Source: Penicillus capitatus
Taxonomy: Eukaryota; Plantae; Chlorophyta
Assembly (NCBI GenBank): GCA_965649825.1
Contig: OZ287703.1
Location: 62,001-126,000, forward strand
DNA: 64,000 nucleotides
Reading direction: 5' to 3'
A model generated the notes under the pieces. The model was not told the DNA's origin and searched no databases. It saw only the letters and a list, made by a program, of their open reading frames with translations. The translations under genes and the position numbers were made by a program. Positions 35,011-47,199 of this stretch are shown here, in pieces. Positions within the stretch are counted from its first letter, which is position 1. Every line of letters starts with the position of its first letter.

Positions 35011-35407
35011 GCGAAATTTTAAACCGCGATGCAATGTCGATGGAAGGCAATTGTCGAAACACGCATAACCTGCCTGACCCATAGGCTCAACTGACCCAAA
35101 GTTTTAAGAATGATAGGGACAGAGTCACGGACGCTCATCACAAATCGCTTGAATGATGGACAGTTATAACAGTCAACCCACCAAAACCCACCGCTCCCTC
35201 TCGCTTTTCCAATTGCCCTTCACAGCTGCAACATCCAGCAACAACGAAGTATGCACGCTCGGTCAGTATTAGATATGTAGACAATAGATAGATGCCAACA
35301 CTCCTTCGGACGGAATGATATATCTGGCGAGATGTCTTGTAGAAAAGAGTATTGATTTATGACCTGTTGTCCAGTCCGCTCACGTGACAAGGTATTTCTG
35401 GCCGTGT

Positions 35408-37022
35408 CTATGGTGATTGGTCTTGTTCAATGCCGTTCGATAGTCGTTCTCTGCAGGACAGGTATCCAGCTGTCACATCATGCCAAATGGGGGTGGATGC
35501 CCTGACCTGTCGTCGTTCGGTTCCTCTGTTTTCTGTGACTCTTGTTGTTGTCGGGACAGAATCTCGGAAAAGTATCTGAATCGGGAAAGCTCAACACGAT
35601 AGACGCGGGCGACGGCGACGATGTGTTCGGGAAGATCTTCCGCTCGATTTCCCTGGATCAGCAACGCCACCTCGGTGACGACCTGATCATCACAACACAC
35701 CGATCGATCGATCACTTCGATACGATCGCACGCACCTCGTGCATTCGAGGCAGCAACGACCACAACGCCTTTCGTGCGACATAGAGCCAGGAATGGACAT
35801 CCACGTCGACTTCAAAGTAATTCGGTCCGCGAAAAAAATGCTGATAAGGTCGTGTCAAGATGGGCTTCTCGTTGAACTGATGCACCAAACGATGTTCCTG
35901 CAAGACAGCGTTCGTAGGGACGAACGATGCGGGAGAGGGGTCACCGTCGAAGAAAGAGGTCCTTTCTGAGCCCATTCGTCAACGTTCAGGAATTTGGGAA
36001 TCAGTTTGATACGGTACTGCGACTGATTCCAGCAATCCTGAACAAAACGCCCAAAGAGATCCAGCGCCGCTTGGTTCGGAAACGATCTCGGGTCAAAGTG
36101 TTCTCTCAGTGCACAGTAGAAAACAAAAGAGTGACCAGGACCATCACAAGTGCCAAAGAGAGAAGGCTACAGACCATAAGCCACTTGCAAAAGAGTGAGA
36201 TCGTGAGTGAGATAGACTTGATAGACAGGGAGCTGCATGTTGACAACGATCAATGTCGGCAGTCCGTATGCAGCGATGGCCGCTGTCTCTTCAGGCGTTC
36301 GCTTGTAAGGATCGTCAGGCAGTTGGATCATTTGCGCCACGTGTGTTTGTTTCTTGGGGAAGGAGATGAGATCCGACCCTGACAGCGACAGCACATTGCT
36401 GCTGACAGACGAGGGGCAAGAGACAGACCGATGACATCGTAGAAGGCACCCTTGCATGGCTCCTTGGTTCGCGTTTTGAGATAGTCCTTCGATCGTATTC
36501 GGTACTTTGTCGCATCGGCCGGTTCCCATCGTTCTCGCGTCGCATCGAAATCGCACGTCGCTTCGCATCTCTAGATGATCATAGTGATCGGCGACGATCG
36601 AAAACGTCGATCTTACTTCGAATGAGGAACCGTGGACGAGTCTCTCTTGGCCATTGGATTGGGAAGAAGATGGCGGCTCCTTGGGATGGTGTATCAAATT
36701 GGAAAGCGCCGAGAGAACACGTGATTGATTGGGATCAATCGTCGTATCCGATGCCGAACGTCCGCCTTCACCGTGTGCAAAAGAACCGCTCTCTTGGAAT
36801 TCTGCCTCGTCTGTCCCGTGGTCATGTCTCTCCTGAAATCCGCACGAACGAACATACATTCACACAATGGTGATGGAATGGAGGATCGTAGTACCAATGA
36901 GACGCGATGAATCGTCTTTGTGTGGTTTTTTCCACTGCCCGTCCAACCGAGCAGTCCCCAGATCGAGGGAAGGTGCCATGATGATGTGACAGGTGGAGGA
37001 AGAGGCTCTTGACACGGAGCAT
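35408..37022 (-). CDS. EDR2 C-terminal (DUF1336) domain protein, multi-exon; ends approximate
   Basis: FNEKPILTRPYQHFFRGPNYFEVDVDVHSW and IQGNRAEDLPEHIVAVARV motifs. Confidence 0.8.
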
Positions 37023-37986
37023 TGTCACATGACGATATATCTACGCCTACACATCCAGATGATGATGATTTTGATCGTATTCGATAGATCCGTACCCGTC
37101 CAGAACACTGAATTCGAAATATCGGACTTGCAATCGAAGAATTCGCAATCGCCTAATCGCACAGCTCAGCAGAGAACGCAGTCCCAGCGCTACGGAAAGC
37201 ACTTGATGGAGGTGATGCCGATTTGACAGACGACTGTGTGTTGGGAATCTGTCGGGAAGCTGGTCGATTCTCTGTCAGCGGATCTGCGGGCGTTTGTGAG
37301 AATAGCCATATGGACCAGACGTTGTTACCAGCAGCACTCGGTTCTTTCGACGGTGCTTCGTGCGCCTCGCTTCTATTTCTCGAAATCCGACTTCCCCTTC
37401 GTCTGTATTTGTGCAGGAAAGGACAACAGGTGATCATTTCCAGAAATAAACCGAAAAACATCCACAACGAGACTGTCGGGAAATCGACACCACGTCAAAC
37501 TGCGAACAAAGGAAAGGGGTACACGTCGAGGTGTACAAGGCAAACGAATGCAAACGTTAAGCGAAAGACGTGGCTTTTGACTGCAGGGTACGACGCGCCA
37601 CGAAGCAACTGCCACGTCGACGCGTTGAGCAACGATCAACGTGATGAAATCGAAAAAATGATGGACGTCTCACATCCCTACGTCGATGTACCGTCATCGA
37701 TCGTCCGCGACGAGATCGCCTGATCGTGTTCGATGGATCCCGTTCGTTGCATCGGTTAAGGATCGAGCATCGCATCGTATCGACGCACACCAACCATTCT
37801 TTCTACATGAGCAAGCGTTTATCGTGTCGGATATGCAACGTTCGTTTTCATTGATCGACGCGACAGGCATATCTATCTGTTTCACGGGAACCTATCGATT
37901 GTTGTTGCCGTACGATCGTTGAATGTCGATCGTGCCTCGAGAAACGCGCCATTGCATCGGCCTTAGCGCCCATCGATGGTGGCAGC

Positions 37987-39225
37987 ATGAGCTACGAGGC
38001 ATCACCTACCTTTGACTATCGTCGACGCCTTTCGTCGGTTTCCGACGCCCTTCGTTTCTGCATGAGCCTCCGGCAAAACACACCCACTGTCGGGTAGGCG
38101 CCACGACGCATGCGTTCAGCCATGCGCCCCACGTTCAGCAATCCCCGAGGCCAACGACGTTTTTTCGTTGTCTGTAGTCGACGCACTTCCCGTGACCGTG
38201 ATGACCTCCTCCCTGTCGGTCTCTCCTCTTCGATCGATCTCGCGTTCCTCGACGAAATGGATCCAAACATCGGTCCGTCGTGCATCTTCGTTTCCGTTGC
38301 TATACTGTTGCTCAGCGTCGTCTGCAGTGGACGGCCTGCGTTTGATATACGAACGCGAAATACCACTTGAGCTCCGGACCTATGACGGAACGAATTTTCC
38401 AGCCGAAGTGCCGAAACCGTACCGTTTGCCTCTCGGACGTAACGCCGTCTGCAGGTCGGCAACGTCGAGCAACTCAAAATCAAAGTGCTGATTCTCGGCG
38501 ATGAAACCCAACCCGACGCCCTGCGAGTCCGCCAAGCCCCCTCGCGCACTTATCCTCTCTTTAACGCGTACGTTTGTTCGTCAGGTCGAGATCACGAGCG
38601 AAAACAACCTCTTCTTCCATTTTCTACACGACATGAGTTTCGAAGAATTCGGCGACGTTCAAGTAAGACCGGCCGCCGCATTGGATAGCCGATAGCGCAA
38701 CGTGTCGTTTCTCAGGAGGCGCAGCGTTTGATGATCGAATTCGCTGAGTATCCTAAGCTCTTGGTGCGTCTGATCAACGCCTGTGTTAAGGAGCCGCAGC
38801 ATTGTATTGGTCTTCTCTATTTCAACGGAGACAAAACGGCGCGTCTCGATTTCGTCCAGGTCGTCGTCATCGACGCATCTCTCAACCGTCGAGGCGATGA
38901 TCAGACGCCTGTCGTGCAGAACATGCAGCACAAGTTTGTGGAATTGCTTCAAGTGCGTTTCGCTGAGTCGAATGAAGAGGTGGTCCGTCGTCAGATCACC
39001 TATCGTTACAACAACGTCAAATCCAAATCGGAAATCTTGTCCGCAAAACTCGCAGATTTTAACGCCATGGTATATCACACGCACGAATGCCTTGCCAAAA
39101 TCGGATGAACGGACGGGATCTGTGTCTAGATCAAAGTCAAGAATCCGAGTCTGCTGCTTCAGATGCAATCCAGAAATATCGACAGTTCAGCGGCCTCTCC
39201 GACAAAGAAGACGTTTCGGCCTTGA
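37987..39225 (+). CDS. SAS6L: SAS-6-like protein (SAS6L-type, short SAS-6 head paralog), multi-exon
   Basis: IYEREIPLELR, VEITSENNLFFHFLH, QRLMIEFAEYPKLLVRLINAC.KEP, ARLDFVQ|NMQHKFVELL, RQITYRYN, KNPSLLLQ; no long coiled coil. Confidence 0.7.
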
Positions 39226-39261
39226 TCTCGATGCGAGCGTGATGTGACGGACGGATGGCTA

Positions 39262-40101
39262 TCAGTACTTTGCATTGACGGCGTCTGTATATTCGACAAA
39301 GGGTGTAAAATCTTCGGGAAATCCTTCGCCGCGTTTCGGAACGTATTGAAAGATTCCCTAAAAGAGTGAGAGCGTGTGTATATGGAGCGAAAAGCGTAAA
39401 GTACTGCAGGGAGGTGGCTGCGTCGTGCGGCATCGAGGCATGCATATGCTTCCCACTCCGGGATGGAACTCCATTCGCTCAAGACGGCGACTTCGCGTGC
39501 GCCATCTTTGCGGAATGCGCCGTCGTTGATTTTGAGCCCCTGGAATCCTTTCGCCGTCTCCATGATCGATTTGCGATGCTCCCAGACGTCATCGAAAGGA
39601 CCTCTCAGATCCGATGGGACGACAAACCTGCAGACGCATCGTTGCGATGGGGATGGATGCGATCGGGTTACCGGTTTCGATTGCTGAAGGTCTTGACGCC
39701 AGGTGCAGAAACCGTCGGCGCTGTGGGAGTCGATGCCGGCTTAGCCGTGACGACTTTTGCCGCGGGAGTATCAGACATGGATCCAACCGGCTTGGCCGAC
39801 AATGGCTTTGGTGTCGGTTTCTTATCCTCGGGAGTGACAGCCGGCTTGGCCGTTACCTAAACAAAATATACAGGTGTGTTCGCTAGGTAACATGCGGACA
39901 TCGTTTTTCTTGGCCTTCAGGGAGCCGTTATCGATCGGTTTCGGCGGTACCCCCTACGAAAGATAGCGTTGGCCTCAGCGGCATGGTTCGATCAGAGAAC
40001 GTCGATACTTTGTTGTCCGATGAAGCGGCACGGACATGATAGGGACGTTGCGGTGCTCTACCGCACGGAAGGCGGCTCGCCGGCAGCCGAGCGATATACA
40101 T
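39262..40101 (-). CDS. Putative plastid-targeted ABM-like (dimeric alpha-beta barrel) protein, multi-exon
   Basis: Transit-like N-terminus MYIARLPASRL; METAKGFQGLKI..VAVLSEWSSIPEWEAYA resembles the ABM/IsdG fold. Confidence 0.5.
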
Positions 40102-40397
40102 GGTAGCGATAATGACATCGATCGAACGCGTTTCGAAGATGACGTTCGGCATGCGCCGGATGCCCAACGCTTACCGACGCCATCAAAGTACGATCACCGT
40201 CTGTATCGATTGTCTACTGAACGCTTCGCTCCGATTCGCATCGCGATCGACGATCGGCATCACGCGTGACGCGAGCATGATAGAGACAGGTCCCTCAACT
40301 GTCTGTCGTGCGATGTCCGTACTCGGCATCGTTCGATTTTCCCTCACTTTTCTCATCGCCGCGTTCCGTACCCATCGTCCGCCCGGTTTGTCACACC

Positions 40398-42014
40398 ATG
40401 TCCGATAACGAGGACTTCTCAGACGAGGCATTCGGATACCTGCTTTTACAAGAGCCGTTTCTGACGAAGATTCTGATTCATCTCGTCGACGGCGGACTGC
40501 ACGAATGCCGCCGTGTATGCTCCACCTGGTACAGGGTCTGCAACCTGCTGCCCGTGCAGCTTCGACTCAACTGGAATGCCGACATCGCTTCCGTACCTGA
40601 AAAATTTCCAAATCTCCTTTCTCTGGCCACCAAAGAGACGCACGTTTTGCGACGATTCTTCGTGGAAGAACAGATTCTTCCTTGTCTATCTCGATTACGT
40701 CACATCACACATCTTGGATTGGCATGGCTGACCGAGTGGCCTTCGTTGGAGAAGATAGGAACCCGTCTGCGATTTCTACAGTCCATACGATCGCTTTCCG
40801 TCACCTTTCGCAACGCACACAGCTTTTTGGACTTCTTGGCAACGCTGAGTCATTTGACTCGATTGGTCACGCTAACGATGTCGGGCGCATCCGATGCTCA
40901 CGTTCCGATGGATGCCATGATGAAACTGCCAAGTCTCAGATCGCTGAGCGCAGCGCCGCCTTTTCTCTTCAATACGAATCGAGAGATGCTGTTCGGCAGC
41001 TTACGACAGTTGACGAAATTCGAGCTCCTTTCGGAATACCCCCGTGGTCTGCTCGGCCACTTCAGGCTCGAGGTAAGGAACCCTTCTTTATCGTCATTCT
41101 GATGATGTGACGGATGGTGACGATAGGACGTCCAGCTGGATGCCGCACATCTCCGATCGTTATCGATCAATGGCGTCAACCATCGAAAACTAGAAATCGT
41201 CAATTGGAACACACTGCGATCCTTTACGCAGCTGGAGCGGCTGGTTCTCAGGAGAATCGCCGTGGCGTCCGAAATCTTCGCCAATGCCCTGAAAGATCTG
41301 CATCAGCTGACAGAGGTAGCCATCGTGGACGTCTCTTTCTCGAGCACTGCTCCCGTCTTCGATGCCATCTTCGCCATCGCGCACCTCAAGGCACTAGCAT
41401 TCGATCAAGGATCTTCCGACACGGCGTTTTGCCTTAAGAAATCCGAACGGGACATGACGCAGCTGACGAAACTCAGTTGGCGATATCCCGTCTTCTTCTC
41501 CTGGATGTGGTCGTTGCCTCAGATGGTCCACCTCGATATCACCGCCGTGCATTCGAGGCAGCCCAAACTGCTGTTATGGATGCTGGAGGGTATGCCGCAT
41601 TTGCGATCGCTGAGAATCGAGAACACGGGTCCGGCGTTTCTCCTGCCGAGCGGCATCTTTCTCCAGAGAGAGAAACTAAAGTCCATCGAACTGAGGCGCG
41701 TGCAGATCGATCTGAATCTATTTGAGTACTTGGCTGGGTTGCATGAGCTGACGGAGCTTCGACTGCAATGCCACGAGAGTACCAAGGCGTCATCGTTCAT
41801 CCACTTGTATGCAGATGTCAATCGACTGACACAACTGACGGCGCTGGAAATCGTTGTCAACCATTCCTCACCAGCCCTCCTGCTGCAGCACCTCTCTGGA
41901 GATCGGCTGAAGTCCATTCGGGAATTGACGTTGCCCGGGTGTCGGCTGAACGATGATCAGCGGATGGACCTCTTCAACAGATTTCCATGTCTCTGTCGAT
42001 TTTGCTACTTCTAG
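40398..42014 (+). CDS. F-box-like/LRR protein E (intron 41073-41126)
   Basis: VDGGLHECRRVCSTWYRVC, LRRs, phase-0 intron at the homologous position. Confidence 0.85.
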
Positions 42015-43816
42015 AAAAGTCCGACCTTATTGAACGTCTGTCTTCTGCGACTTTGATTGCTTCCTTCTGTTGTTGCCTTGTATGCGTTTATCCTCTGCCA
42101 ATGGAGGGTTTTCGAATCCCGTCTTTGTGATCTGAGCTTTTTCGATTAGATGTTTGTTTGTGTGCCCCGCATCGACGCACGTTCGTCGATGACGTGCGAT
42201 GATGACGTTATTTTAGGGTTCGTATTGGTCATCGTTTCTCTCGTCTTGACGCCGATTGACGCACTTCATGAACCGTTTGTCCATTAGATGACGCATCGTT
42301 TGTAACACTTTACAAAAAGACGCACTCGATGCCGCTGTTATTTCATTCCATCGAGTATTTCGAGATTCTTACCTTACCGTGTCTATTAGAAATGCACTTA
42401 CGCATTGGACGTGTAATGTTGACGTCTTCTCGAGATGCCGTTTTTCGATCGGATGTCGTATGCATATCGACGTCATCCACCTCGACAGTTTTTGTCCGTG
42501 TGATCCATTTCGGGACATATCCTGATCGATCGATCTGCTGCGATTCGACGCCGCTTTTTTAGAGAAAGGCGTGCTGATGATGGAACGCGACGCGATCGCA
42601 ACGACGAACGCGATCTCGCACATCCACTGATTAACGTAGTCGCGTCATTGCGTTCTCTTTGCGCTGCACCAGCGACTCGACAGCGACCACATCGCCACAG
42701 AGTCAATCTGTCAGAATGATAGACGCGGCCAACGGTTTCTTCGATGCCCAATGAGGCTTCATTCACCTCAACGTCGTCTAAAGACCAGACACTTGTTGTC
42801 ACTGCAGGCAGTGGTGCTTCGAATGCGGACTTCAAATGGAAGCTATCCACAATGACTGAGCTTTCTTCTTTGCGTAAAGTGCTCTTGTAGCCACCTATCT
42901 GCACTTGATACGTCCGCGCGCATCTTCTATTGAACGACAGAAAGAAAACCGCATTTCCTGGAGACGTAGCGCAAATAGTTCAAAAATGGATAATCGGATT
43001 CGACTAAGGCAAGTTTTGTGAGGTACCGAGTCTTCTGACTTTGGTGCGTGTGGAGAGATTCGCGATAATCGAACGGTGAAGCGACTGGCAATGCGATGTC
43101 CAGGAACTGTGCACTGAATGGATCATCAAAGCGGCGGCATCGATGTCTTCCCAATCATCGTTACCTCTCAGCTCTCCGCTTCAAATGAAACACTGCTTGG
43201 CCACCGCCATTCCGGCAAGACAGTCGCATTGCTGAGAATTATGGAACATCTCTACTGCTGCTGTGAGTTCTACCAGCTGATCTCGATGACGTGTATCCGC
43301 ATGCACGAACGCACGATTACGTCACGTCATAGATCGCGGCGGAGAAACTTATCGAACTCGCTCGCCACGCGCCAGACGCACGTGGCTTCAAGGGTAAAAA
43401 CGCACTCCAGAAAACCATCACCCTCTCTTCGCAAACACGTTGGACGCCGATTCTTCCTTAGTCTCTGTAACAATGCGTTGTGTAATTCATATTCGCTCGA
43501 GTTTCGGCATTGCCATCATGTTCTGCTCTTGCCTTGGCGGTTTCGCGGACGACAGCCTCTATGTATTCTTCCACATCTCCTCTGTCGCCGACGCCAGAAT
43601 CGAGTGGCCTCGGCTACCCACGATCAAGTCTTCCAATGTGAACGCGCTTAGCGAGAACAGACAAATCTGCAGCTGATACGCAGCCCATAGATCGAGTAAC
43701 GAGTTCACGTTTTGTTCTCCGGAGAGCGGCCGTTGATCCATCCGCTTGTTCAGCGACGATGGATGCCGAGGCGGGTCTGTGTTTGCGATCATACCGAAGA
43801 AGACGTTCGTCGATAT

Positions 43817-44032
43817 CGGTGGATGAACCGACGTGACAGGACTTGCGCGCGACAGGAGTCGGCATATGCTCAGTTTGCCCACCACTCGAACGTGTCCTCT
43901 TGAGGCGCTTCCATCCCGGGGCACTTGTCCCGGGATCGAAGCGCCTCAAGAGGACACGTTCGTGTGGTGGGCGACCTGAGCATATACCGACTCCTGTCGC
44001 GCGTGTCCTGTCACATCGTTCCGTCCGTACCG
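43817..44032. ncRNA. Long inverted repeat / pre-miRNA-like hairpin (~100-bp stem)
   Basis: 43833-43920 is the near-perfect reverse complement of 43929-44014 (about 5 mismatches and a small bulge) with a 4-8-nt loop; imperfect basal extension to 43817/44032. Transcription is not shown. Confidence 0.6.
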
Positions 44033-44454
44033 CTTGACTTCACAAGATGGCGAGCTCGTTCCCCGGAGAAGACGACCTCCTCCCGATCAAGGAGCATACG
44101 TGTACATAGGAACATTCCAAAACGGCCGAGAATGCCCAAAGACGTTGCGTCGAACGAGGAGGCAGCGCATCGGCAGCCTCGGTGGGCTCTGTTGCTGTTG
44201 CATCCATGTTCTCGAAAGCGATGTGCTTGCTCTGTCTCGGCGACTCGCGAACTCTTAACGGACAAACCGTGACGGTTTCGCTTTTCGATCCATTCATTCT
44301 CCGGCGCAGATTCCCTATACGCAGATCTTGTCTGTAACGCGACCGCCGCATAGACAGACGTATCCTGCGTCGAAAAAACTCCGAACAGCATTCTCAGTCA
44401 GCCGAGCGGTGTGGCGGACACAGTCGACGACGCATAGAGCGATCAGAGTTAGCC

Positions 44455-44813
44455 ATGTCGTCCGACCAATCCCAGACTTTACCGAAGAAACGCTTTTGTC
44501 AACCAGACGGCCTCTTCTGGAGTTACTTTCTCCTCGGCTCCGGATACCTGGCCCCCTGGAATGCGCTCATTAGCGCCGTCGACTACTTCAACGATATCTA
44601 CCCCGTGCACACCATCCATTGAAACCTCGCCGAATGCCTCTGTATGCAGGAGAGGGATGCGTTGAGATGGATATCCGTCTGCTTCTTCGCGACGGCTTTC
44701 ATCACGGTTCTCGTCAACAGCCTCGTTCCGGCGGCTGACAGAGGACATAGCTGAGTCTCCATTGGCCTGTTGCTCTTCGTCGTCTCGATCTCCTTCATTC
44801 CATTGAGAATGAA
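44455..44813 (+). pseudogene. Truncated equilibrative nucleoside transporter (ENT) pseudogene
   Basis: FWSYFLLGSGYLAPWNALISAVDYF (ENT TM1), intron, in-frame TGA at 44752-44754; similarity stops after TM3. Confidence 0.8.
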
Positions 44814-45583
44814 GAGAACTGTAAATGTAGGACTCTAAATCGAAACTTACTGGTGAAACAAAGTTAGGGAGTGCGAAGGACTAACTGCTCAAATGTTCTC
44901 ACACGAGTGCATTGCTTGTGGAAAATATGAAATGAACACAACCCTCTGCACTTTTAAACGTCGCAGATGCCAAGGCACCTCGAGAACTAAGAAACGTCCA
45001 GGGATCGACAGGCAAGTCCTGCCAACTAAGATTCAAACTAAAAGAATCGAGAAACCCCTCAAGAACCTCTTCAAGATGGTCAGGTTGAACAACGATCGCG
45101 CCTTAAGCTGGCTGGTCACTGAAGGCTACGCCACGAGACGCTTCCAATCAACACAATCGCTGTCAAGTCATCGACTCCAAATAGGGCCAAAGAACATCGA
45201 TCTGCCGTCTGTACCCGGACCAGCGTCTCCTTCGCCTGGAAGCCTCATTTTGGTTGGTAACATGGTCGAGAGAAAAGAAAAGAGAGAATCTCTCAGGACA
45301 GGCGTCCACGCATTCGCCGCTTCTCCTTGCTCAATCGCCCCGGTCTGAATCCATCCAACGTCGAAATTGAATTCCTTTCATTTCAGACATTGATCATTTC
45401 GCAGTTTGTCTTTGTATCTTCCGGAGACAGCGGCGACCGTCTAACAGGTCCTTCACACGATGAGCGCAGACAGAGAGCGACCCACGGGGACGACCGGTAA
45501 CGCAACAGGTCACAGTCTTCGACCATTCCGCCTCAACGTCTGGTTTCGTTTCGGATGTAGCGTCGCGGATAGCGGATGCGCCG

Positions 45584-47199
45584 ATGGCGGAAAGGTGTCT
45601 AGGAGACTGGCTCGAGAACGACGACTACCTGTCCAAAGTCCTCCGCTATCTCGTAGACGACGGACTGCACGAGTGCTCGCGCGTCTGCCGAAGATGGCGT
45701 GAACTGAGCTTCGGCGTCTGTCCCAAGCTCGCCCGTGTTCCGTCGAGCAGAATGACTGAGATGCTGTCGAAGTATCCAAACACGGTTTCGATGGCTGTGA
45801 ACGTAGAGGATACGAATGAAGACATCAACCGTTACCTCGACGCCGTGAAACGTTTTCCAAAGATCGAGCACTTGTTCTGGCAGGGCTTTTCCCGAATGTC
45901 CAGCTACCGCAGCCTGCTTGAATCGATTGCAGTCGCTTTCAGACTGGCTGTCATCTTCGAACTCTTACGTACAAACCTGGATGGGGCCGGCCCTCAGACA
46001 TCTCACAAACCTGACGTATCTCCGATTGAAAGCACCTGAAGTAGTCTTTCTCGAGCCGGTCACAGAAATCCACAAGATTGAAAAGCTGTGCCTCAGTTCG
46101 ACTCTCTTGGTGGACCACAAAGGCGATCTTGTTTTCCCGGCTCTGACGAGTCTGACGTGTCTGGAGCTGATACGTGAAAAATCTCTTCCCTCACCCAAGC
46201 AGTACGAAGACAGGATGAGCGGCAGACTGCTGGAAGTAAACCTCTATTCTTAATGCTGATCTCCTCGAGGACATCTGTGTCCTGCGTGTGCTTCAGATTC
46301 TGCGTCCCTACGCCTCCACCCTCGAGTCCCTGGCTGAACTCAATAGCCACAGCCGTATGCTCTTTCCGACGAGAGACTGGTTGGGACTGGAAGGTTTTAG
46401 AAAGCTTGAAACACTTCACATCGGACATCTAGCGCCAGGCAACTCTATTGAGCACTTGGAGACAGCTCTGAGAAACACGGGCACAGTCACAGAGCTCTGT
46501 GTGAGATACATAAAGCCGCCACCCGACATCGTTGCCGATGCGCTGTTCGGATTAGATCAGCTGTGATCCCTGACGCTCACTCTTCGAATCGTCGATCAGT
46601 TCAGCCATGCATTGAGCACACTGGCGAGCTTGACGAATATTACAGAACTCGTTGTTTACGTCAAACAGGTGGACACATCAATTGGTGAATTCACAGGACT
46701 CGTCCGTCCGGGGATCTTATCGGAACAATGCACCACGGATTTTGCTCATGCACTAACCAAGCTCCATCTGCTGGAAGAGCTGGATTTGCTAGTCATCGAT
46801 GACATGTTGTTATCTGGTCACATGTTTTCCTGTATGGCAAGACTGAAGAGGCTCTTCATCACTTTGCCCAGTCTGCAGATGGAAGATGACTTCTTTCCTG
46901 TTCTAGGATCTCTGGAGAAACTAACTTCTCTGGAGCTGGACTCTAGGGTCGACACTGAATGGGACACTTGTCAGCACATGTCCAAGATCACACTTCTAAG
47001 TAATCTGAGGGAACTGATTCTTCGTCATGGCACCGACGGGAGCCGTCAACGAGCGAACCTCCTCCGTAACTTCGATCAAAACAGCTTCCCTAAACTGCGA
47101 ACGCTGCACATTTCGAGCTTAAATTATCTGGATGAGGCTTACTGCAAACCACAAACAAAGTTTCCGCGCTTAAACAGTGTTTTCTTTCACGCTTATTGA
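45584..47199 (+). pseudogene. F-box-like/LRR pseudogene F (paralog of B)
   Basis: DDGLHECSRVCRRWR. Frame switch near 45900-45920, family intron 46236-46296, in-frame TGA at 46564-46566 where B has ..QLKSL... Confidence 0.8.
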
